DNA of 44,529 nucleotides from a virus: IMG/VR virus record IMGVR_UViG_3300022912_000003. One strand, written 5' to 3'. Position numbers and translations under genes: made by a program. The notes under the pieces were generated by a model that was given only the letters and a program-made list of their open reading frames with translations, had not been told where the DNA came from and ran no database searches. Shown here piece by piece: positions 24,456 through 34,006 of this stretch (positions are counted from its first letter, which is position 1; each line of letters opens with the position of its first letter).

Positions 24456-25421
24456 TTATCTCCGACTCATTTGTATACTACCAATGGATGCATTATCAAC
24501 CTCGATACTTGCACCATATAATTCTATTTCCCATTCGTCTAACACTGTCGCAACAGCATCATCATCTCTACCTTGAAACCTAATGTGCATACCATGTCCT
24601 ACTGGTTGGTATAGCCCTGTTATTGTTTCAGAGTCAAGTATCTTCAACTGTTTCAAACCAGTTGAGTCGCTACCATAGACTGTAAATTTACCTGTACCAA
24701 TCGCTCCGCCTTCACCTGTATCTATAACTACTTTTAACAGTTCGTATGTGCCTGAATACTCACCTCGAACATCAACCAACCGTAGGGGATTATCAGCACT
24801 TGGGCTTACTACCTCTCTGATAATTCCACCACTTGAATCCATTGTCACATCTCTTGACAACTTAATCTCGCCATCGACGAGTCCACCTATGGTAGCGAAA
24901 ACTTCTTCTTCTAATACTTTAACATCCTCATGCTTGGGCTTAGATGCTTTCAATAACATCCAAGCACATGTCAATGCTGTCAATCTTACGATCACATAAT
25001 CAAAGTTACCTTCTTTATCTTTCCAATGTTCTCTTGGTAATCTACTATCAAGGTGTGAATTGATAAATCGTGATGCATTCTTTCTGTATCTGAGCTTTAA
25101 ATCAGCCCATGTTGATCCACCTTCAACCCTATGCAGATTTAGATTGGTGGGGTGATTCACATATAACACATCATCAGTAGTGTTATAGTACCAGTTACCA
25201 CCAGTCCCTTGGTTGACTTCTTCAATCGAGCCTACTTTGTAATCTGACATGTCTACACCATCAATAAATAGAGTCCCTATAAGCCCCGTGTTAACAGACC
25301 TAAATAATTGTTCAATCCCCACAGATGGTTGTGACCATCCAGCCACAAGTACCTTAGAGTCAAACTTATCTATATGACTATAGACATCTTTTATATCTGT
25401 ATCTGTACAGTAAATATCCAT
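24456..25421 (-). CDS. virion structural protein (321 aa)
   Basis: Coupled to the upstream gene (ATG/stop overlap at 25421). Lies in the structural operon. Confidence 0.5.
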   Translation of the reverse strand: MDIYCTDTDIKDVYSHIDKFDSKVLVAGWSQPSVGIEQLFRSVNTGLIGTLFIDGVDMSDYKVGSIEEVNQGTGGNWYYNTTDDVLYVNHPTNLNLHRVEGGSTWADLKLRYRKNASRFINSHLDSRLPREHWKDKEGNFDYVIVRLTALTCAWMLLKASKPKHEDVKVLEEEVFATIGGLVDGEIKLSRDVTMDSSGGIIREVVSPSADNPLRLVDVRGEYSGTYELLKVVIDTGEGGAIGTGKFTVYGSDSTGLKQLKILDSETITGLYQPVGHGMHIRFQGRDDDAVATVLDEWEIELYGASIEVDNASIGSIQMSRR

Positions 25422-26665
25422 TAGTTAAAAGCTACCAATCTAATTGTTGCGTTTACTTCTTGGTTCATAGACCTTGCATAAATATTAGGAGTAACGTTGG
25501 CTACGTTAGCAGTGGTGTCGTTCTCACCACTATGAGCTGAATCAAACTTACACCAAACTTTAAACGCTCCATCAGTAGGGCAATTTGTCAATGTATATTT
25601 AGCGGCGTCTCCACCAGTACCACCCTCTTCATAATTAATAGTCCCTGTGCCACCATTTGGTCTGATAAGGTTTCCCTCTCCATCATCATACATTATGTCA
25701 TCAACTGGATAAGTACCCTTAGTAAACACAGTACCACTGCCGGGCACAGCCGCAGGTAAAGAACCTTGTGCTGGGAATATCCCTACATTAAGCATCGTGT
25801 TACCTGTGCCATCTGTTATTGTTATAGCACTTGTTGAAAGGTTTGAATTAGAGGTTACTCTGATGTCCCCACTTACAATAGCAATTGAACATTTACGTTC
25901 TTTCGCATCCAACGCATCAATAACTGTCTGTATCTTAGATAGGATACCATTTGTTCCACCGATGTTGACATTGGATGAATCTGTTGTAAAAGCTATGTTT
26001 GTAGCTCCTGCCCCATCTATTGCAAGGTTAATATCATATAGGGTTGATACTGTTAACCCTGATGGAGTATCGTTGGTTACACCAGTAACTCCCATCTCAT
26101 GGTATCCAGCATCATAAAATTTAATTGCCATTGAACCCGGAACAATGCCATCTGTGTCACATACAGTCCCGTGGTCTCCTGCAAAGTCTGTTCCACTTGC
26201 ATTGCCATCTTTATCTGTGACAATGGATGATAAGTCTCCGTCAACATCGTTTGAGTCTGCGGCTGATGTGAACTCGTTATATGCAACAATCCTTGGGTTT
26301 GGTAAAACCATAAACTCACCACTTCTTATTAAGTGACTCGTATATATATATGGCTGTGCTTCATTTACTGCTGGCACAAAAGCATCTCCACCTGCGCCTG
26401 CATCATAATATTGTTGTACCTTGAACATAAGTTCTACTGCTATATTACCAACATTTTCTATTCCGATAAACTTAAAGTCGTCTAATGAGTTTACTGCTTT
26501 AGATGAGGTGTCTAATCCAAGCACCTGTATAGGGATATTAGAGCTATCAACATCAACTCGTACCTCTATTGTTTCTGTAACATCTTGTGTGAGAGATGGG
26601 TTGAATTTTCTAAGCACACCATCCAGTGTTGCCTCCATCGTTGCACTTGAAACTAAATCTGCCAT
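25421..26665 (-). CDS. virion structural protein (414 aa, Gly/Thr/Asn-rich)
   Basis: Structural operon context. Composition typical of fibre/decoration proteins. Confidence 0.5.
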   Translation of the reverse strand: MADLVSSATMEATLDGVLRKFNPSLTQDVTETIEVRVDVDSSNIPIQVLGLDTSSKAVNSLDDFKFIGIENVGNIAVELMFKVQQYYDAGAGGDAFVPAVNEAQPYIYTSHLIRSGEFMVLPNPRIVAYNEFTSAADSNDVDGDLSSIVTDKDGNASGTDFAGDHGTVCDTDGIVPGSMAIKFYDAGYHEMGVTGVTNDTPSGLTVSTLYDINLAIDGAGATNIAFTTDSSNVNIGGTNGILSKIQTVIDALDAKERKCSIAIVSGDIRVTSNSNLSTSAITITDGTGNTMLNVGIFPAQGSLPAAVPGSGTVFTKGTYPVDDIMYDDGEGNLIRPNGGTGTINYEEGGTGGDAAKYTLTNCPTDGAFKVWCKFDSAHSGENDTTANVANVTPNIYARSMNQEVNATIRLVAFN

Positions 26666-26674
26666 CTTATCTCC

Positions 26675-27196
26675 TTAAATATCTGCCCATGCACTACCAT
26701 TATAGTCTTGCACGGTATTAGTTGTTTCATTATATATTATCATTCCTGCGACTGCTGTAACAGCATCTCGCTCGCCAGTTGTTAACTTTGGTAGTATTAC
26801 TGGTTTTATGCTTGCACTCATATCAAGGCAGGCATTAGTGTCTGGTGCGTCTATTTGTATACCTATTGTGTTACCAGATGTATCAATCATTAAAAGCTTA
26901 TTAGTATCAAGCTTATCCATAACAAAGAAATCTGCTACACCTGAAATACCAACCTGTAACGAACTTGTGTTAATGCTAAATACTTTAGTGCCATCCAACT
27001 GGTTTACTCTAAGCAGTTCTCCATTAGAAGCAACTGGCTCAAATGCTATACTTTCTTTCTTGAGTTGTATAGGTAATGAAATGCCTGCACCATCTTTCAA
27101 TACGGTGTAAGTTGTTGCGTCCAATCCTGTATTGGCATTGTTAAGTTCAATCAAGTCCTTATAGAACTCTGATGGTGGTTTACCAGTTAAGCTCAT
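26675..27196 (-). CDS. fibre-like structural protein (173 aa)
   Basis: C-terminal LPKLTTGERDAVTAVAGMIIYNETTNTVQDYNGSAWADI resembles a motif I associate with phage fibre/collar C-termini (recognition only, not searched). Confidence 0.4.
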   Translation of the reverse strand: MSLTGKPPSEFYKDLIELNNANTGLDATTYTVLKDGAGISLPIQLKKESIAFEPVASNGELLRVNQLDGTKVFSINTSSLQVGISGVADFFVMDKLDTNKLLMIDTSGNTIGIQIDAPDTNACLDMSASIKPVILPKLTTGERDAVTAVAGMIIYNETTNTVQDYNGSAWADI

Positions 27197-27444
27197 TTAC
27201 CAAACTTCCATTTAATAGCGATTAAAGCCTTTAACACATCAAGAGCTTCTTTCATAATGATCTTGCGTTCAGCATTAGTAAGTTTCTTGTCCTCATAAGC
27301 CTCTTGCAAAGCCTCTGCAACTTCCTTGACTTCCTTGAATACTTTACGCCACTTGGCACTTATTACTGTTAATATTCCACCCAAGACAAGCACCAATAAA
27401 TATAGTGCATTCCCCCAAGTAAACCAATCTGTTATCCAACCCAT
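27193..27444 (-). CDS. holin-like small membrane protein (83 aa)
   Basis: One N-terminal TM helix (GNALYLLVLVLGGILTVISA) followed by a highly charged tail. Overlaps the stop of the transglycosylase gene. Confidence 0.4.
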   Translation of the reverse strand: MGWITDWFTWGNALYLLVLVLGGILTVISAKWRKVFKEVKEVAEALQEAYEDKKLTNAERKIIMKEALDVLKALIAIKWKFGK

Positions 27445-27905
27445 AATTTATTATCCTTTAAAAATTTCTCTGAACTTCCTTTACCGCCTGCAGTATTGTA
27501 TACTCTCTTGTAGTATTCAGCCTGTCCCTCGTAATCATCCTGCATTGGGATAGGTTTTGAATCACGTCTGTAATGTAACCTTGCAAACATTATCTGTAGA
27601 ACAAGACTACCAAGTACACTGTCAATAGGGTTATCAGGATCAAACCCATGAGAGAGTAACACTGTAGCGTATCTCTTTCCTATAGCAAAGTTATCCCATA
27701 TATCTCTAACAGTGCTTTGCTCCATCTGCCAGAACCCGACAGTTCCATATCTCGTATTGAAACCGTCTTGAGACAGATTCATGTAAAGGCTCTCAGTCAT
27801 ACCAGTCCTAAATAAGAGAGCTTTTACCTCTGGACTATAGAGGTCTAATTCATCTAACGAATACCTTATCAGGTAGTTTATATCACTAAGATATTGACTT
27901 CGCAA
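27432..27905 (-). CDS. lytic transglycosylase (SLT-domain) endolysin candidate
   Basis: Ordered motifs MTES (catalytic Glu-Ser), GFWQM (GLMQ-like), VYNTAGG (AYNxG-like). Confidence 0.6.
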   Translation of the reverse strand: MRSQYLSDINYLIRYSLDELDLYSPEVKALLFRTGMTESLYMNLSQDGFNTRYGTVGFWQMEQSTVRDIWDNFAIGKRYATVLLSHGFDPDNPIDSVLGSLVLQIMFARLHYRRDSKPIPMQDDYEGQAEYYKRVYNTAGGKGSSEKFLKDNKLWVG

Positions 27906-28314
27906 CTTTTCTTTTCAGTGGTGTTAACGGTTTGCCAAAGATGACGTTAGGTTGATAAGCAACAGCACCTATTTCAAATATCTCATTCTTTTTATATGAG
28001 ACATACTGTAGGTTCATTGGAATCTTATCATCAAATCCATACATTTGTATTCCAAAAACAATTCCTTTACCTTGTTTCCCAAAGTCATAAGGAAGTGCAA
28101 TTCCAATACCATGTATATTACCATCACCATCCCTTGCGATAATCAAATCCTTCGGATGCATAGGCTGGTCTTCAACCTGTATCCAAGCATTACAATTATC
28201 AGGGAAATCAAATAAGTTAAATGAATAGTCGCCATCAACTACATTGCTCTTAGGCTTTGTAGGCGACTTTGGTTTCATTGCTTTAACTTCGTCTATTGAT
28301 TTATTTTTTACCAT
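27886..28314 (-). CDS. hypothetical protein (142 aa)
   Basis: Coupled ORF in the late operon. Confidence 0.5.
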   Translation of the reverse strand: MVKNKSIDEVKAMKPKSPTKPKSNVVDGDYSFNLFDFPDNCNAWIQVEDQPMHPKDLIIARDGDGNIHGIGIALPYDFGKQGKGIVFGIQMYGFDDKIPMNLQYVSYKKNEIFEIGAVAYQPNVIFGKPLTPLKRKVAKSIS

Positions 28315-28666
28315 CGTCTTCTCCTGTGATTATCCAATCTAACAATTCAAGGTTAGCTGGACTTATCCTGATATAATCGTTCTCAAGATATTTTCTATCT
28401 ACTGTATCAAACTTAATTGTAACTTCATCATTTAAGAGGTCAACATATTCTTTATTAACTTCTTCGGTCTTGTCTTCTGGTATTACACCATCTACTTCAT
28501 ACTTGGCAAGTAATTTATCCTTTACCTCATTGTAAGCCTTGATAGCGGGACTCATTTCATGCTTTAGTCTATTGATCCTCGCTGATGCACCACCAAAGAT
28601 TGGTTCTTGTGATAATGCGTTTAATGGTTCTATACTTCTAAGTAAAACTCCTGTTGTAACTTTCAT
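28301..28666 (-). CDS. hypothetical protein (121 aa)
   Basis: GGAG RBS. Late operon. Confidence 0.5.
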   Translation of the reverse strand: MKVTTGVLLRSIEPLNALSQEPIFGGASARINRLKHEMSPAIKAYNEVKDKLLAKYEVDGVIPEDKTEEVNKEYVDLLNDEVTIKFDTVDRKYLENDYIRISPANLELLDWIITGEDDGKK

Positions 28667-28673
28667 TGTTCTC

Positions 28674-28949
28674 CTATATTAAAGTCACTATTGTTATTAA
28701 TAAACCTAAAACTGTGGCAAAGCCACCTATATATTTTAAGTTAGTAATTCTTTTTTGTTTGATAGCGTCAAGTCCGTTACGGAAAACCTCAAGATTAAGG
28801 ATACGTTCTCCATCTTCAACTTGTACTTGTTCCATCCTATCCACGGTATCCGCAATTATCTCTTGCTTGTACCATGATTGTACGCGGTACTCGTCAACAA
28901 GAATGTTGCCATCTGTGTCTTTAGGGATAGGTCTTGGTTCAAAAACCAT
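28674..28949 (-). CDS. hypothetical protein with C-terminal TM anchor (91 aa)
   Basis: C-terminal IGGFATVLGLLITIVTLI. Confidence 0.5.
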   Translation of the reverse strand: MVFEPRPIPKDTDGNILVDEYRVQSWYKQEIIADTVDRMEQVQVEDGERILNLEVFRNGLDAIKQKRITNLKYIGGFATVLGLLITIVTLI

Positions 28950-28950
28950 A

Positions 28951-29286
28951 TTAAGTCTTAGTAAACCAAAGGGCGGTTGTTAAACAAAGATATGTAATAT
29001 TAGCACCTGCGGCTAAAGACTCTGCCGTGTTAGCTCCACTTGCATTCAGTTGGTCGCCCAAGAATGGAAAGACATCACAAGCATTTGCACCTGCATTTCT
29101 AATCGTTACTTCAAGCCCAACCTCTGCGGTTGGCATTGTTACAGCGTCACCTACGTTAGCACATGTTGCAACATTGTTTATCCCTGATGTTAAGTCTTCG
29201 CCAGTTCCCTGTGTACTACCAGTGTTGGCTGTAATTGAAGCCTGTACGGGTACAAAGAGCTCTGTTACTTTTAATTCATTTGCCAT
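28951..29286 (-). CDS. 111-aa structural-module protein, paralog B of a tandem pair
   Basis: About half of the residues are identical to 29305-29640 (MANEL.., GINNV, RNA, DVFP, SLAAGANITY, WF.KT). AGGAGAAT RBS. Confidence 0.65.
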   Translation of the reverse strand: MANELKVTELFVPVQASITANTGSTQGTGEDLTSGINNVATCANVGDAVTMPTAEVGLEVTIRNAGANACDVFPFLGDQLNASGANTAESLAAGANITYLCLTTALWFTKT

Positions 29287-29304
29287 TTTTCTATTCTCCT
29301 ATTA

Positions 29305-29640
29305 TTAAGTTTTTGCGAACCATACTAATGTGCTTACACAGAAGTATGTGATATTTGCACCAGCCGCTAATGATGCGGCGGTGTCTGCACCTGCACCAAG
29401 ATTTGCCCCACTTGCTGGGAACACATCAATTGATTGAGCCGCATCTGCATTCCGTACTGTTACCTTTAATCCTGCTTCACCAGTTGGTAATACAACTGAG
29501 TCTCCATTCACTACACTAACAGTTACATTGTTTATTCCGGGCAAAAGTTCTGTCGCCCCTGTTTGACCGCCACCAGACAAAGCTGTCAAGCCAGTAGCCA
29601 GTGGATGTATTAATTTTGCTATTCTTAGTTCATTAGCCAT
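29305..29640 (-). CDS. 111-aa structural-module protein, paralog A of a tandem pair
   Basis: See 28951-29286. Same length and strong RBS (AGGAGAAT). Confidence 0.65.
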   Translation of the reverse strand: MANELRIAKLIHPLATGLTALSGGGQTGATELLPGINNVTVSVVNGDSVVLPTGEAGLKVTVRNADAAQSIDVFPASGANLGAGADTAASLAAGANITYFCVSTLVWFAKT

Positions 29641-29659
29641 ATTATTCTCCTAAATTTTA

Positions 29660-32600
29660 TTATAATGTTACGCCTATATGAGAGTTCATATAGTCTATTG
29701 AATTATTTACTGCTGTGGTAACTTTTATTACAAGTCCTTCACTGGCTGATCCATCTACCGCAGTTGCTAATGACGCTCGTTTATATGCAAAGTGTTCATC
29801 ATTCGCTACATCGTTATTTGTTCCGTGATCTGTACTTAATGATGTTAATGCACCAGTTCCCGGTACAAATGCTGACGCATGATAAGTCCACCCAGTAGCC
29901 TTATGGTGTAACAACTCGATATTTAATCCTGTTTCGCTTGCACCCATTTTACCAGTAGTTTCAAAGTCGGTTAATGTAAATGCTCGATTACCCCAATCTT
30001 CGTATTTACAGAAGCCATAGTTAAATGTAAACGCACCAGCAGAGCCAGTTAGCGTGTAAGTAATTTGCCCCAACCACTTCTTTGATGTTTCATAGTAAGC
30101 ATCTGTTGTAGCCGTATCAGTATCCGCAACAATGATCTCAGAATCAGCATCATTCTTTACACCTGCATCTGTTATTGATACACCCGTAACAGTTAAAACC
30201 AAATCAGTTCCACCTGCTCCACTTGCTACACAAAAGGCGTGAGCCGCATGTGATTGACCAGCAGTACCGTATGTTTGTGTAACTGAACCACCTATAGTTA
30301 GCGTAACATCTTCAACTGGGGCAGAATAAAATCCTGCTGTGTAGTGTGAGTCAGAGTTACCAAAGTCACTGACAGTATAAGATTTAAATGATGGTGTTCC
30401 ACCAACTGTATATTCAACTCCAGCACCATCTTGGAAGTATAGAAGGTTGTCGGCTTTGCCGTAGATTGACCAGTATGACGCAATCGCTGTTGGAGTGGTT
30501 GCTTCTGGATAGTGCATTGTTACGTTGGATGTGTCCTCGACCAATCTCCAACCTTCAGTTGAATTTGCTATTCCTGATATGAAGCCACCTGAAATGAGTC
30601 CACCAATTCCATACCCTGTATAATCATCATTTGGTGTTAATGTCGGTACTGTTGCTGATGAACCTGCATTTTGAATTGCCCCACCATTTGCTGCCCTAAA
30701 AGCACCTGTTTCAAATGTAAATCTTTTTGCCCCGCCTGTAAACACTTGTATTGTACTTCCTGATGAAATAAAATATTCTTGATCTAATTCCAGATGTATC
30801 TTATTCCCCACAGGCACAATGATGTCACCACCGAAGGTTGCGGAGAGGCTACCACTATTATTCTGTAAAACTAATTGATTAATCCAAGAAATCCCTGCAT
30901 CTGCCACCCCTGCTATTGCAGTTCTAAATCTAACAGCACCGTCAGAAAACATTATTGAATTGGCTTCATCACTTGCGTTTGTACTAATATATTTCCATGT
31001 ATCCGTAGAACTGGAATGATAAGCATTAGCACTTACCCATGTTTTAGTCCCGTCTGCTTGAGTAGTTTCACTACTTAACCCTGCTGTACCACCAACCTGC
31101 AATGCACTAACTGTTGATGTCCATGTGGCGAGGTTTTCGGTTTCGATGCCTACGTTGGCGTTATTAGCTATCGTTAGGGCATCTGTGAATGTTGGAGTTG
31201 AGTCAAGTGATGCAAGTGCCCCAACTTTAAACACAAATGTCCCATGAAGCATTGCTATCGCATTTGATTCATCCGTAGATATTGTTTTGAAAGAACCATC
31301 ATGATATAAATTATTCGTTAGATATAAATGGCGTGATGCCGCAGGTGTTGCATGAGCAAAGAGTGCCGCATTTCCACCAATCTGCAAGGCTCTCCATCCT
31401 GATTGCCAATTTTCCAGAGACGAAACGCCTATGCCTACATTAGCATCATTCGCTATCGTGAGGGCATCAATCCATGTGATATCTGTGTCTACTGTGCCTG
31501 AGCCTGCTACCCTAAATACATGAGTACCACTTAGTTGTCTGTATGCTGACGCTTCATCTGTATTCTGATACTTCCATAATCCATCTGCTAAAGCTACATA
31601 TGAATTATGAGAAAGGGTCATTAATTTTGTTGCTCCGGCTGTAGTGGACGATGACCATGCCCCATTACCACCAAGTTGTACAACTGATAAATCTCCATGC
31701 CAAATTTCAGGCACAACATTTATGCCAACATTACCATCAAAATTACCTTCTGCACCACCAAATACAACATTCCCACCACCAAAGGAAATATCTGCTAATC
31801 CTTCGGCATCAATTCCAAGTGTACTCGTTGCATCTTCTGCATAGACAAAGGCAGTATGACCCCCAACAATAAATGATATATTGTCAGATTGGAACTTGAT
31901 ATATGTGTCTAAATCGCCATTGTGATAAATATATTCATCAACTAAAAGATTACCATTAAAAGCTATGTTCTGAGTTGTATGTCCAAGTGTTAAATCTCCA
32001 TCTGCATCTGAGAATAAAAAGTTTGTTAATGACCCAGCAACTTGTTGTGACATTCTAACATCTATATCTTCTGTGCCATCACCAGTATCAGATGCATCTA
32101 TGTTGATAGACGCATTTACATCTGTGACTGCACAATCTGTATCTTTAAATTCTAAGGCAGGTAGTGCACTTCTACCAATAACAATGTTATCAATGTTACC
32201 AGCCGCATCAGCGACTAATGCCTTTGATGCGGCTTTAGTCCCTGCTGTAATTCCATTAATTTTAGAAGCATCCGTAGCTTGAAAATGTTCACTACCAACA
32301 TATAAAGATGTAGCAGGTACATACAAGTCTACTAAACTAACAACCTTTGGAGTTGTAGTGTCAATGTAGAATATATCAGTACCGTCTTCTTTTTGTACTA
32401 ACATGACCTCTGCCGAATCAGCAGTAATCGTAAGTTTATCAGTAAGTGACATAGCCGCAACTTCATTAGCAAGTGTTGCATTAGTTACAGTCCCATCATT
32501 ACCATTGTGCTTATCAAACCAACTTGATATGCCCATAGTGGCACTATCGTAACCTGCAATTCCACCAATCTGTATTAGTGATAAATTATCAAGAACATAA

Positions 32601-33574
32601 GTACCCTGAGTATCACTACCAGATACAATAGAAATAACAAAATCAGTTGGGGAAGATTTGGATGTAAACTCTATAGTTAATCCAGTTCCCGCAGTCAATG
32701 GGATAGTAGTGGCTACTGAGCCAAAACTATTCGTGATGGTAATTGCACCATCCCCATCAAAGGCTACTGGCTCTGCAAGGTCATAAGTAAATCTATATCT
32801 TTTAGCCCCAACACCTGCAACGGCTAAGTTAGCCTGTGTCTGAGTTAGTGTAGATGTTTGATTTGCTGACCATGTAAATGTTGCATTGCCACCAGTGTCT
32901 ACAAAATCATTTGTAGCATCCCAGTTAGCGTGAGTTGCAAAAGCACCTTCTGTCAAATTTTCTGTTTGATTGGCTTTCCAGTATTTAAACGGTGTTCCGC
33001 CATTAGCATAAGCCGCAACTTCTGCGGCAGTCAAGTTTAAATTGAATAGCTCAACAAGTACAAACTGTCCCTCAAATTCATAAGTTGTTCCACCTGATTC
33101 AGTGGCAACTCTCATAACTCCTGCATTGTCAAGGGTTAATGCGGCGGTGCTAATATCAACTGCAACTCCACTAAGGAGTCCATTAACATAAGCAAGTGCG
33201 TTACCATCTCTATCAAACGTAACAAACACATCTACTTCTGTGTTGTCACTAAATGCACTTGCACTTATGATAGCTGATACATCAACTGTACCATCATCAA
33301 GACGAATCCAAAGATCATCTTCTTTAAGTTCTAATCCCCAACCAATTCCACCAGCTTCTTTATTAATAAGATATTGTTCTGCTGACGCAAGGTCGAGAGG
33401 TCTAAATTTTAAATGTATACTAAAATCACCAGTCCCTACATCAAGGTTGGCATCGTCTGCCATCTCAACATAATCTCCATCTCCATCAAATCTGTAATAA
33501 GGGCTTGGTAAGGTGTTTGCGGCTTGGTTAAAAAATTCCGCTATGCTAATTGGGTTTCCGCCTGATACTCTCAT
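29660..33574 (-). CDS. 1304-aa fibre/adhesin-like virion protein with N-terminal LamG (concanavalin-like) domain and internal repeats
   Basis: YYRFDGDGDYVEMADDANLDVGTGDFSIHLKFRP...VDVFVTFDRDGNALAYVNG is LamG-like. At least three ~100-aa repeats containing ..W.DALTIAN.ANVGI...W...LQ.GG.. Confidence 0.65.
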   Translation of the reverse strand: MRVSGGNPISIAEFFNQAANTLPSPYYRFDGDGDYVEMADDANLDVGTGDFSIHLKFRPLDLASAEQYLINKEAGGIGWGLELKEDDLWIRLDDGTVDVSAIISASAFSDNTEVDVFVTFDRDGNALAYVNGLLSGVAVDISTAALTLDNAGVMRVATESGGTTYEFEGQFVLVELFNLNLTAAEVAAYANGGTPFKYWKANQTENLTEGAFATHANWDATNDFVDTGGNATFTWSANQTSTLTQTQANLAVAGVGAKRYRFTYDLAEPVAFDGDGAITITNSFGSVATTIPLTAGTGLTIEFTSKSSPTDFVISIVSGSDTQGTYVLDNLSLIQIGGIAGYDSATMGISSWFDKHNGNDGTVTNATLANEVAAMSLTDKLTITADSAEVMLVQKEDGTDIFYIDTTTPKVVSLVDLYVPATSLYVGSEHFQATDASKINGITAGTKAASKALVADAAGNIDNIVIGRSALPALEFKDTDCAVTDVNASINIDASDTGDGTEDIDVRMSQQVAGSLTNFLFSDADGDLTLGHTTQNIAFNGNLLVDEYIYHNGDLDTYIKFQSDNISFIVGGHTAFVYAEDATSTLGIDAEGLADISFGGGNVVFGGAEGNFDGNVGINVVPEIWHGDLSVVQLGGNGAWSSSTTAGATKLMTLSHNSYVALADGLWKYQNTDEASAYRQLSGTHVFRVAGSGTVDTDITWIDALTIANDANVGIGVSSLENWQSGWRALQIGGNAALFAHATPAASRHLYLTNNLYHDGSFKTISTDESNAIAMLHGTFVFKVGALASLDSTPTFTDALTIANNANVGIETENLATWTSTVSALQVGGTAGLSSETTQADGTKTWVSANAYHSSSTDTWKYISTNASDEANSIMFSDGAVRFRTAIAGVADAGISWINQLVLQNNSGSLSATFGGDIIVPVGNKIHLELDQEYFISSGSTIQVFTGGAKRFTFETGAFRAANGGAIQNAGSSATVPTLTPNDDYTGYGIGGLISGGFISGIANSTEGWRLVEDTSNVTMHYPEATTPTAIASYWSIYGKADNLLYFQDGAGVEYTVGGTPSFKSYTVSDFGNSDSHYTAGFYSAPVEDVTLTIGGSVTQTYGTAGQSHAAHAFCVASGAGGTDLVLTVTGVSITDAGVKNDADSEIIVADTDTATTDAYYETSKKWLGQITYTLTGSAGAFTFNYGFCKYEDWGNRAFTLTDFETTGKMGASETGLNIELLHHKATGWTYHASAFVPGTGALTSLSTDHGTNNDVANDEHFAYKRASLATAVDGSASEGLVIKVTTAVNNSIDYMNSHIGVTL

Positions 33575-33577
33575 ACG

Positions 33578-33901
33578 TTATCTCCAATCAACATGAAATA
33601 AACAATCAGCAGCACCATTGGTTAAGGTCTCTGCTGTTGTACTATTTGCAACTACAATTCCTGTTTGCATCGCATAAGAAAGTAAATCTTGTGTGCCAAA
33701 AAAGTTAGACTGTGCGTCTACTTTAAATCTTAATTTTGGGGTTGTTCCATCTACTGGTAAAGAGGATGCATCAAAAATCATTATCCATTGGTCAGCTCCA
33801 TTGTTGTACCCATGTACACCAAAAAACTCACCCTTAGATGATTTACCTACTAAAGATGATGCATACGCTCCATGCGTTGTTGATCTTACAAATCTTGCCA
33901 T
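33578..33901 (-). CDS. hypothetical head-associated protein (107 aa)
   Basis: First gene after the major capsid gene. AGGAGAAT RBS. Confidence 0.5.
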   Translation of the reverse strand: MARFVRSTTHGAYASSLVGKSSKGEFFGVHGYNNGADQWIMIFDASSLPVDGTTPKLRFKVDAQSNFFGTQDLLSYAMQTGIVVANSTTAETLTNGAADCLFHVDWR

Positions 33902-33948
33902 TCTATATTCTCCTGTTCCGCTTAATTCTACTAAATGCCATGTATGTT

Positions 33949-33980
33949 TGAGGGCTGTACTTTATCGACTACAACCCTCA
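33949..33980 (-). promoter_or_regulatory. 11-bp-stem hairpin (one mismatch) just downstream of the major capsid gene; possible attenuator or mRNA stabiliser
   Basis: Arms tgagggctgta (33949-33959) and tacaaccctca (33970-33980). No clear U-tract. Confidence 0.35.
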
Positions 33981-34006
33981 GAAAGTCGTTGATTAAACTC
34001 TAAGGT

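Noticed and set aside
29660-33574. Diversity-generating retroelement targeting the large fibre gene
   Set aside because: No reverse transcriptase gene is present in the genome. I found no template-repeat copy of any part of the gene's 3' end elsewhere in the window.
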